From an uncultured Thermomicrobiales bacterium (lineage in GTDB: Bacteria > Chloroflexota > Chloroflexia > Thermomicrobiales > UBA6265): a stretch of 64,000 bases of DNA. The notes beneath the pieces were generated by a model. It was not told the DNA's origin. It saw only the letters and a list, made by a program, of their open reading frames with translations, and searched no databases. Made by a program: the position numbers and the translations under genes. The stretch covers positions 407 through 64,406 of the forward strand of contig CAXTHM010000008.1 of NCBI GenBank assembly GCA_964244115.1, given 5' to 3'. Shown here piece by piece: positions 47,238 through 54,945 of this stretch (position 1 is the stretch's first letter; each line of letters opens with the position of its first letter).

Positions 47238-48437
47238 CTAGGCGTCGAACTTAAGGTCGACTACGTAGGGATTGCCGAGTGTCACCGCCGGACCCTGGTA
47301 CTGCAGGACGAAGTGCGTGTCTTGGGGCGCAATGTCGAAGACAATGCCCGTACGGTATTCGGTGTCTGGAGACATATAGGATCCGTCCCATGTGTACTCC
47401 GTGAAGATCAGCGCCGCCGTCGCCTCACGAGATAGGCCTCGAACGCCGAACGGTTCACCGGGCCCAGTGCTGGTCTGGAGTGTGAAGTTGCCAAGCGGTA
47501 GCGGCTCACCACTCAGCGAGAGCTGGTTGAACCAGATCACCAGGAACTGACCACGCGTGGGAACGATCGAATAGTCACCGATGAAGGTGCGTACCTCAAC
47601 GGCCGGGTCGAACGTCAGTCGCCATTTGTCTAGACCGACGGTGATGACGGTGGGCTCGTTGAACGCCGTAACGGTACTTCCTGACCGGTTACCAGCAGGT
47701 TGGGTAGGTTCAGTTCCCCCACCAGAACTATTGCCGACATTCTCCCGGGGTGGACCTTCGGCTGATGGCTCCACATTCGCTTCCGCTGGATCGGGCAAGT
47801 CGATCAGCATTGCCCAGTCAAGGTCGTCACCACGCGAGACGGTGAGTGCGTCTCCTTCGGTCAGGAAAACCTCGGTGGGCTGATGGGGAATCACAGGGAA
47901 GATAATCGGGATGATCTGTTCCCGGTCACGCGAGAAGTCGATTGATAGGGCGGTCTCGGCGCTGCCGATCTTATCCGCATCCTCTTGACCCAGCCCGTTG
48001 AGGCGGGCAGTCGCCGTATAGTCGGAGAACATAGGGATAGTGTCGTCTCTGGCACCAAGCCGGAAGTAGCCCGTTTCCAGCGTGGTGTCTTGAGCCTCGT
48101 CCGAGTAGGTAATTAGAAGGCAGACGGCGATCACATTGTTTACCGTTGATCGGGCACCGTACATCTCAGAGAAGCCCCGGGTGTACCCGGCACTAAGAGC
48201 TGTATAGGTGCGCTCGGACACTCCTCCCCCATCAATGAGTAGTGGGTCTCCCTGAGCCACCGCCGCTACACCACGGATGTTGGCTGAGGTCTCAACGTCT
48301 CCTTCGGGAGGTTGAACCTCTGTGGGACAGTCGTAACCAACCGAGGGTGGAAGAATGCCTTGGCCCACCGCCGGCAACGATGGCCAAAGGGCCACGCTGA
48401 GAACCAAGACGATCACGAAACGCATCCAACGGGGCAT
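47238..48437 (-). CDS. Secreted protein with DUF4352-like beta-sandwich region(s), unknown function
   Basis: Signal peptide MPRWMRFVIVLVLSVALWPSLPAVGQG. C-terminal RGQFLVIWFNQLSLSGEPLPLGNFTLQ...IVFDIAPQ pattern. AT-richer than the flanks. GGAGA RBS. Confidence 0.6.
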   Translation of the reverse strand: MPRWMRFVIVLVLSVALWPSLPAVGQGILPPSVGYDCPTEVQPPEGDVETSANIRGVAAVAQGDPLLIDGGGVSERTYTALSAGYTRGFSEMYGARSTVNNVIAVCLLITYSDEAQDTTLETGYFRLGARDDTIPMFSDYTATARLNGLGQEDADKIGSAETALSIDFSRDREQIIPIIFPVIPHQPTEVFLTEGDALTVSRGDDLDWAMLIDLPDPAEANVEPSAEGPPRENVGNSSGGGTEPTQPAGNRSGSTVTAFNEPTVITVGLDKWRLTFDPAVEVRTFIGDYSIVPTRGQFLVIWFNQLSLSGEPLPLGNFTLQTSTGPGEPFGVRGLSREATAALIFTEYTWDGSYMSPDTEYRTGIVFDIAPQDTHFVLQYQGPAVTLGNPYVVDLKFDA

Positions 48438-48601
48438 TGAGTCTCCAATTCTTTCTTCACGAGCGAGTCAGATCATACCGTTGTTTCCCCTTCCTACTGG
48501 CTTGCCAATTTCCGACAGCCGCAAATACTCTGTCGGAAACTGGCCCTGTGATGGGAAGATAAAACCGAACGTCGTTTCCAGACTTGCCTGAGGAGGATGG
48601 G

Positions 48602-49249
48602 GTGGCTCGAACCAGGTGGTGGATCCTCGCTGTCATCTTCCTTGCGGTTGGCTTGCTCTTTGGATTGGCGGGAACGAGTTCGTCCGCTCGGTTGTTCGGC
48701 TTTGCCTGTCTTTGTTTGGCGATCGCGATCGGATGGTGGCTGCTCGCCTTAAGTTCCCGTGAGCGGCAGGCGGTTGAGCAAGCACGCGATCTCGCTATGC
48801 TCCAAGAAGAGGAACGTCAGCGCACTCGTGTCCTCCATGCACAGGATATGGGGCGCATCCTAATGCAGAGTGGCACCGAGTTTGAGGCGACCGTCCGAGA
48901 CGTGTTGAATGCTCAGGGCTACGCTCTCGAAGTCGTCGGCAGGGCGGGCGACCGGGGCGTCGACTTGCAGGGCTATGATCCGGATGGCTTTCCCGTGATC
49001 GTGCAGTGCAAGCGGTATGGGCCCGATAGCAAGGTGAGTTCGCCCGCCGTCCAGAGCTTCCTTGGAGCCATCGTCAACCATGGTGCATCGTCAGGCATCT
49101 TCGTCGCGACCTCGTCCTTTACCCGTGACGCGCAGCGATTGGCCGCGGAAGCGCGGGTGCCGATTCGGTTGATTGACGGCGTGGGGTTTACCGCTCTGGC
49201 TCGCCAGTCGTCGCAAAGGGTGGGAGCAATAACTGAGCACTCCGCATGA
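48602..49249 (+). CDS. Membrane-anchored Mrr-type (Mrr_cat) restriction endonuclease-like protein
   Basis: Two N-terminal TM helices. PD-(D/E)xK core FE..V...L...GY ... GDRGVDL ... VIVQCKRY. GAGGAGGA RBS before the GTG at 48602. Confidence 0.75.
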   Translation: MARTRWWILAVIFLAVGLLFGLAGTSSSARLFGFACLCLAIAIGWWLLALSSRERQAVEQARDLAMLQEEERQRTRVLHAQDMGRILMQSGTEFEATVRDVLNAQGYALEVVGRAGDRGVDLQGYDPDGFPVIVQCKRYGPDSKVSSPAVQSFLGAIVNHGASSGIFVATSSFTRDAQRLAAEARVPIRLIDGVGFTALARQSSQRVGAITEHSA

Positions 49250-49651
49250 CACTGACGTCCTACTGGCTGTCCATCACCACACAACCCAGCGTGACCACCT
49301 CGCCATGCTGATCCAGAAGGTGACAGATGATGAGCTCTAGGACAGGATCGTGCTCCTGGAGTGGCTGACCGACCCGACGAGCGGATGTGATGACCTCCCG
49401 TATTCCAACGCCTGCCCACGAGCGGATTTGGTGTCTCGCCTGGGGACTGGAACCGGACGACACGGACCGCTAGGTGGTATGAGCCACCACCTGATTCTTC
49501 ATGCCATTGACCAAACCCGCAAAATACACTCCTCAGGAGCTGCTCAACCAGAACGCAAGTGATAACGGCGTCATCACGTTTGGTACAGCCCCAACACTAC
49601 ACACCGTTGATTTGCGGGACCGTTTAGGCTGGGGACAATATCCAAACGTCG

Positions 49652-51076
49652 TCAATCCCCGGTCGCTGGCCTTCTCCCGGCCGGGACCAACTCCCGGGCG
49701 CGGTGGTTGAAGGTGTAGACGATCGCGATGCCGGTCAGGAGCAGCGAGATCCCGATCGCGACGAAGGCCAGCCCGAAGCTGCCCGATGTCGTCAGCCCGG
49801 CGACGGCCAGCGGCCCGACGAAGGCGCCCATCGACCCGGCCCCGGCCATCAGCCCGAAGACCACGCCCCGCTGCTCCGGGCTGGTCGCGTGGGCGACCAG
49901 GGCGTTGGCCGTCGGCACCAGCCCGCCGGCCGCGACGCCGAAGGCCGCCTGGAGGGCCAGCAGCTGCCAGGACTGGGTTGCGATCGCCATCGGCAGGTAG
50001 AGGAAGCCGGCCGCGAACGTGCAGACCGTCAGGATGCGGCGGTGGCCGATCCGGTCGCCGAGCCGGCCGAAGTAGATCGACGCGATCGCGCTGGTCAGCC
50101 CCTGCGCCCCGAGGATCAGGCCGGCCGTCTCCGTATCGCTGATCCCGAATGAGCCCAGTTCGCCGACGTAGAGCGGCAGGATCGGCTGGATCGCCATCGA
50201 CGTCCCGCGGATGACCAGCATCGCCAGGACCATGATCCCGACGATCGGGATGGCGAGGATCGCCATCTGCGAGCGGAACCCGCCGCTCCGTTTGCCGTCG
50301 ACGGTGGTCGTTCGCCGGACGGGCCGGAACCGCTCTTCGACCAGGAAGACGACGATCAGCAGGCCGATCACCATGAAGCCGCTGGCGACGCCGAAGGTCC
50401 AGCGGTAGCCGACCTGGTCGGCGAGGAAGCCGCCGAACAGGGGCCCGAGCGAGGAGCCGGAGAAGACCGACGTCTGGATCAGCCCGAGCCCGAAGCCAAC
50501 CCGGTCCCGCGGGACGGTCGAGGCGACGAGGGCGGCGCAGGCCGTCACGGTCCCGGTGAAGGCGCCCTCGATCAGCCGGAGGCCGAACAGTTGCCAGGGT
50601 GCCGTCGCGAGTCCCATCAGCCCGATCGTGAAAGCGGCGAACAGCATCGCCCGGATCACCATCGGCTTGCGGCCCACCCGGTCGGAGACGACCCCCCAGA
50701 TCGGCGCCGAGATCGTCATGCAGACCGCCCCGGCCGCCGTGATCGCCGTCGACCACCAGATCTGATCGTCCATGTCCGTCAGGCCGAGGTCGCCGAGGAA
50801 GTAGGGCAGGAAGGGGATCCGCATCGAGAACGCGATCAGGGCGAGGATCTGGGCGATCCAGAGGGCGTAGAGCGTCCGGCGCCAGTTCAGTGGCGGGCGG
50901 GGTCCCTGCCCGTCGGCGTCCGCATCGTCCGGGTCGTCGTCCGGCCGGGCCGCGACCTGGGCGACCCGGGCGGAGAGCTGGGTACGTGGTAACCGCTCAT
51001 CGACGCGCGGGTCGGTGCCGGGGCGGGTGATGGGGTCATCCGGTTGGGGAGGTGTTTCGGATTCCGCATCAGTCAT
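49652..51076 (-). CDS. MFS transporter
   Basis: 474 aa with about 12 TM. MFS motif GVVSDRVGRKP. Confidence 0.85.
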   Translation of the reverse strand: MTDAESETPPQPDDPITRPGTDPRVDERLPRTQLSARVAQVAARPDDDPDDADADGQGPRPPLNWRRTLYALWIAQILALIAFSMRIPFLPYFLGDLGLTDMDDQIWWSTAITAAGAVCMTISAPIWGVVSDRVGRKPMVIRAMLFAAFTIGLMGLATAPWQLFGLRLIEGAFTGTVTACAALVASTVPRDRVGFGLGLIQTSVFSGSSLGPLFGGFLADQVGYRWTFGVASGFMVIGLLIVVFLVEERFRPVRRTTTVDGKRSGGFRSQMAILAIPIVGIMVLAMLVIRGTSMAIQPILPLYVGELGSFGISDTETAGLILGAQGLTSAIASIYFGRLGDRIGHRRILTVCTFAAGFLYLPMAIATQSWQLLALQAAFGVAAGGLVPTANALVAHATSPEQRGVVFGLMAGAGSMGAFVGPLAVAGLTTSGSFGLAFVAIGISLLLTGIAIVYTFNHRARELVPAGRRPATGD

Positions 51077-51334
51077 AGTCGAAGCAGTGTAGCGCGTTCA
51101 TCGGGATCGCGGATGCGTGCCGAACGCGCACGCATCGCCCTTCCGGAGGAGCCGGGCACATGACCCGGACGGGGCGCGACATCCGCTGACGGTTGCTACG
51201 ATGCTCGCGAACCGTTGGCTCGCCGCATCGTCGCCCGGTCCGGACGGCCGAACCGCTCGGCACCGGCTCGGCACCGGATCGCCCCTGGACCCCTCGCCGG
51301 GATGACCGCCGAGATCGAGCTGAGGTCGGAGACC

Positions 51335-51745
51335 ATGTCCATCCCGGAAGGGACCACGCGCCGGATCGTCATCGACCACGTCGACCTGCTCGTCAGCGAC
51401 CTGGAGGCCAGCCGCGACTTCTACCGCCGGGCACTGGCCCCGCTCGGGTTCCACGAGCTGGACCGCGGGGAGACCTTCTCGGCCTACGGCGTCGAGGGCT
51501 CGGCCGACTTCGCCATCAACCAGATCGCGCCCGGCGACCAGCCGACGTCCTGGGCCCACGTCGCCTTCGTCGCCGATTCCCGCACCGCCGTGGACGCCTT
51601 CTTCCACGCGGCCCTGACCGCCGGCGCCCGGGAGAAGCAGGGGCCGGCCGAACACCCGGAGTACCACGAGGGCTACTACGGCGCCTTCGTCTACGACCTC
51701 GACGGCAACAACATCGAGGCCGTCGTTCACGAGCGACGCCGCTGA
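51335..51745 (+). CDS. VOC/glyoxalase family protein
   Basis: IDHVDLLVSDLEASRDFY ... HVAF ... GNNIEAV. Start at 51335 or 51302. Confidence 0.8.
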   Translation: MSIPEGTTRRIVIDHVDLLVSDLEASRDFYRRALAPLGFHELDRGETFSAYGVEGSADFAINQIAPGDQPTSWAHVAFVADSRTAVDAFFHAALTAGAREKQGPAEHPEYHEGYYGAFVYDLDGNNIEAVVHERRR

Positions 51746-51790
51746 TCCGGCGTTGGTCGTCTCCATCGCCGACAGAGGCGGCGACGTGGT

Positions 51791-51825
51791 GGACCGGCCC
51801 TGAAGGGACCGGCCTCAGGGGAGAT
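51791..51825 (-). repeat. REP-B copy 3
   Basis: The reverse complement reads ATCTCCCCTGAGGCCGGTCCCTTCAGGGCCGGTCC. Lies between convergent genes. Confidence 0.75.
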
Positions 51826-51949
51826 GTAACGTCGGTTCCTCATGATGAGTAGTCGGTTCGTGGGCGTCTCGTGGCGATGGGCAAAGGTGCAGTGGACGTG
51901 CGTGGCCCTTCGCTTTCGCGTCGGTTCTGCATCGCGCCATCACTCGCGG

Positions 51950-51983
51950 ATCACCCCTGAGCGCGGTCCCTTCAGGGCCGCGG
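51950..51983 (+). repeat. REP-B copy 4
   Basis: ATCACCCCTGAGCGCGGTCCCTTCAGGGCCGCGG. Forms an inverted pair with copy 3, 124 bp away. Confidence 0.75.
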
Positions 51984-52057
51984 AACGCCCCGCAGGGCGA
52001 TAGCTGGCTCCGCCGTACCGCCCGACGCGGAGACCACCAGCGTTGACCAATGACGAC

Positions 52058-52993
52058 CTACGCGTCGTGGTCCGCCGACAGGTGATCCCAGACCCAGCGC
52101 GACGCCCGCGCCATCCGGTCGACGACCTCCGGGATGTCGTCCTGCTCCCGGCTCATGAACGCGATCGCGTACGTCACCTTCGGGGAGAAGACCAGCCCGA
52201 CGTCGTTCTTGACGCCGCGCAGACTACCGGTCTTGTGCGCCACCTCGATCTGCTCGCCGGGCGGCAGCCGGTGCGGGATGATCGCCGTGAAGTTCTGGTG
52301 CCTGAGCGTCGCGATCATCCGCGCCCGGCCGTCCGCCGAGACCCCGTGGCCCTGCTCGATCAGCGTCAGCAGCCGAACCATGTCGGCCGGGGTGCTGACG
52401 TCATTGGTCGCGTCGACCGGCAGGCCGGGTGCGTCCGGGCCGGGCTCATGGTCCTTCAGGAGTTGGCGCAGCGCGTCGTAGGTCACGGCCGGGTCGGTCG
52501 GGTCGACGCCGACCTGGGCCGAGAACAGTTCCCGGATCGTCAGCGGCAGGTGGGTCGCGGTCAGCCCGAGCTCGCGCAGCGTCGCGGTGATGCGGTCCTT
52601 GCCCAGCCGGTCGAAGATGATGTCGGTCGCCCAGTTGTCGGAGACGATGATCATGAGTTCGGCGAGGTCGCGCAGCGTCGGCGCCAGCCCGTCGTCGAGG
52701 TGTTGCAGCACGCCGGAGCCGGGCGTCCGGTCAGGGTGGCGCAGCGTGATCCGCTCGGTCAGGTCGACTGTTCCGGCCTCGCTCTGCCGGTACAGCTCGT
52801 AGAGCAGCGGCACCTTGAGCGTCGACGCCGTCGGGAACGCCTCCGTGTGGTTCCAGGTCAGCGTCCGCTCCGGCCCGCCGATCTCCCGGACCATGAGGCC
52901 GACCGGCCCGGAGAGGTCGTCGAAGTGCTGGCGCATCGCCGTCTCGAACGTCGCCTGGCTTGGGCTGACCGTCTGCGTCTCGACCTCGGTCAC
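52058..52993 (-). CDS. Class A beta-lactamase-like serine hydrolase (no signal peptide seen)
   Basis: STLK (SxxK), SDN and KTG motifs in the canonical order. GAGGAG RBS before the GTG at 52993; the ORF extends to 53008. Confidence 0.8.
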   Translation of the reverse strand: MTEVETQTVSPSQATFETAMRQHFDDLSGPVGLMVREIGGPERTLTWNHTEAFPTASTLKVPLLYELYRQSEAGTVDLTERITLRHPDRTPGSGVLQHLDDGLAPTLRDLAELMIIVSDNWATDIIFDRLGKDRITATLRELGLTATHLPLTIRELFSAQVGVDPTDPAVTYDALRQLLKDHEPGPDAPGLPVDATNDVSTPADMVRLLTLIEQGHGVSADGRARMIATLRHQNFTAIIPHRLPPGEQIEVAHKTGSLRGVKNDVGLVFSPKVTYAIAFMSREQDDIPEVVDRMARASRWVWDHLSADHDA

Positions 52994-53113
52994 GGCGGGG
53001 CTCCTCACGGGTGTGGTCTGCGATCTCGCGTATCGGGGCAGGGTAGCAGCGGCGCCGTGGGATGGGACGTGGCGGTCGGCGTCTATCGGTGCGGGACCCT
53101 CGGGGGAAGTCGG

Positions 53114-53989
53114 TCAGCGGTCGTCAGGTGCGATCCGGAGTCCGAGCACGTCCGCGCAGGCGACGAGATCCGGGTCGTTCGCCGGGATCGGTCGGGAGGT
53201 CGGCGTCGTCCCCGGTGCGTGGACGAGCCGGTCGCTGAAGATCGCCCAGCACTCCCACTGGTCGCCCCAGCGGGACCGGTAGCGGATGCCGGCGAAGACG
53301 GGCTGCCCGTCGCGGTCGGTCAACTCGTAGACATGTCGGGCGCAGGCTCGGGTCAGTCGCCGGCTGGTTGGGTTGGCGCCACTCAGAGCGCTCAGGTCCA
53401 GCTCATCGAACCCAAGTCGGCTCAAGGTTGAAGCGAGGGCGTCCCTCAATGTGCCGAGGCTCCGGCCATCCCATAGATCGGCGAAGCGCAGATCGGATGA
53501 GAGGATCATATGATCAAGGCGACGAGTATCCCTCCAGTCGACGGAAATCCCGCCGCCTGCCTGAAAGGTTCGTCGGCCCCCTGACGAATCAGGTAGATGG
53601 TCACCGATCGTCTCATCGACGTTCATCCGAAGACCAGGTGTTCCGCGCAGACGAGCCGTCGTTTCGGCAAAAGCGCCGATCGCCGTTGTCGCCGCGTACA
53701 CGACTCGGAACCCTGGCTCGCCAGGTAGATCAGTACGAGAGCGGGGATCATCGAAACGCCCATGGAATGTTCCAGTGACTGGATCGGCGTGCAACCAGTC
53801 GACAGGGGAGAAAGGGCTGGTGGAGGCGCGCGCGACTCGATGGATTCCGGCCCGAGGGGCGGAGACGAATCCTAGCCCATGCCAGTTGTGCGGAAGCGTG
53901 ACCAATCTGGCGACTCTCTTCCCATCTGTTGAGGTGTCGACATTGACGAGCAGAAATCTGGCTTGGACGTGAGTGGCACCGTCGCTCAA
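53114..53989 (-). CDS. RES-domain protein (putative NAD-targeting toxin)
   Basis: GRFDD ... FRVVYAATTAIGAFAET ... GIRYRSRWG gives R, E and S in RES-domain order. TTG start, uncertain. AT-richer region. Confidence 0.75.
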   Translation of the reverse strand: MSDGATHVQARFLLVNVDTSTDGKRVARLVTLPHNWHGLGFVSAPRAGIHRVARASTSPFSPVDWLHADPVTGTFHGRFDDPRSRTDLPGEPGFRVVYAATTAIGAFAETTARLRGTPGLRMNVDETIGDHLPDSSGGRRTFQAGGGISVDWRDTRRLDHMILSSDLRFADLWDGRSLGTLRDALASTLSRLGFDELDLSALSGANPTSRRLTRACARHVYELTDRDGQPVFAGIRYRSRWGDQWECWAIFSDRLVHAPGTTPTSRPIPANDPDLVACADVLGLRIAPDDR

Positions 53990-54002
53990 TGCTGGATCGA
54001 GA

Positions 54003-54031
54003 TTGTCAAGAGCAAGCGTGGCTGCTTGACA
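54003..54031. promoter_or_regulatory. Imperfect palindrome overlapping a TTGACA hexamer in the divergent RES / DUF2384 intergenic region
   Basis: TTGTCAAGAGCA-N8-TGCTTGACA. TTGACA lies at 54026-54031. The -10 element is not convincing. Confidence 0.25.
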
Positions 54032-54107
54032 TAGGGCATATCATTGCACTATTGGCAGACCATTCGATGGTCATTGTATCCCGCGTCGGCGAGAGAGGGA
54101 ATGTGTC

Positions 54108-54494
54108 ATGTCAACCGTAATTCCGATGTCCCCTCAGCAGATCGTTGACGCAGCGACGCGGACCGAATGGAACGTCATCGTTCAACGGGTGTATGACCTG
54201 CTGGGTCGCAAACTCACCGCCTATATCGCTGGTATGCGGGACACCAAGGCCGTCGTGCGCTGGATCGACGGGACGACGACTCAGGCCCGGTCGATCGAGG
54301 TGGAGCAGCGCGTCAGGGAGGCCTATGTGATTGCGGAGTTGCTTACACAGGCTGGAGACGGCCCGTCTACCATCCGGACGTGGTTCATCGGGATGAACCC
54401 GGAACTCGACGATGAGGCGCCGGTCGAGGCGCTCCGGGCCGGCCGCCTGCGTGAGGTTCATAATGCGGCCCTCGCCTTCGCGGGCGGCGCCTGA
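54108..54494 (+). CDS. DUF2384 (Xre/MbcA/ParS-type) antitoxin-like protein
   Basis: C-terminal WFIGMNPELDDEAPVEALRAGRLREVHNAALAF matches the DUF2384 signature. GAGGGA RBS. Confidence 0.7.
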   Translation: MSTVIPMSPQQIVDAATRTEWNVIVQRVYDLLGRKLTAYIAGMRDTKAVVRWIDGTTTQARSIEVEQRVREAYVIAELLTQAGDGPSTIRTWFIGMNPELDDEAPVEALRAGRLREVHNAALAFAGGA

Positions 54495-54606
54495 CTGAGG
54501 CCGGCTCAAGTCATTCGGATACGACAATGGGCAATGACAGACTGGCGAGTACCGGGGTTGTCAAACCTCATGGCCGACCTCGATGCGTGGCGTTGCTCAC
54601 CTCTCC

Positions 54607-54728
54607 GGGTATCTGCGGAGCCGCAGCGCAGCGAGAGCCGCAGCGCAGCGAGAGCCGCATGGGGCGGGTGAGCGAGCCGGTTCAACCCGGCTGGGTGAGA
54701 GGTCTGCTCGCGACCAATCTGTTTCACC
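54607..54728 (+). repeat. REP-A copy 5 (with internal 17-nt tandem duplication)
   Basis: GGGTATCTGCGGAGCCGCAGCGCAGCGA GAGCCGCAGCGCAGCGA GAGCCGCATGGGGCGGGTGAGCGAGCC ... Confidence 0.7.
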
Positions 54729-54945
54729 CCGAACGTTCTTGTCGCCGATACCGCTATCGCCCGGCGGGGCGATGGCCGCTGCGGCGGCCTGGCTCGCAAG
54801 CTTCGCCCCTACGACATAGTCTCGGTGTGCTTCCCGCTCCCGGGCACTTGGACAACTCCAACGAATACCGATCGAACACGACGACGCCCCGGACAGCCAA
54901 TCGGCCATCCGGGGCGTCGTCGTATCTGATCAGGGGAGGGCAGCG

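Noticed and set aside
49260-49710. Small ORFs (49260..49463 minus, 49501..49710 plus) downstream of the Mrr-like gene
   Set aside because: They have no recognisable motifs or RBS. They may be gene remnants in the AT-richer islet, but I cannot support a call.
54620-54660. Tandem GAGCCGCAGCGCAGCGA duplication, considered as a possible CRISPR or minisatellite
   Set aside because: There are only two 17-nt units with no spacers. They are an internal duplication within a dispersed repeat copy, not an array.
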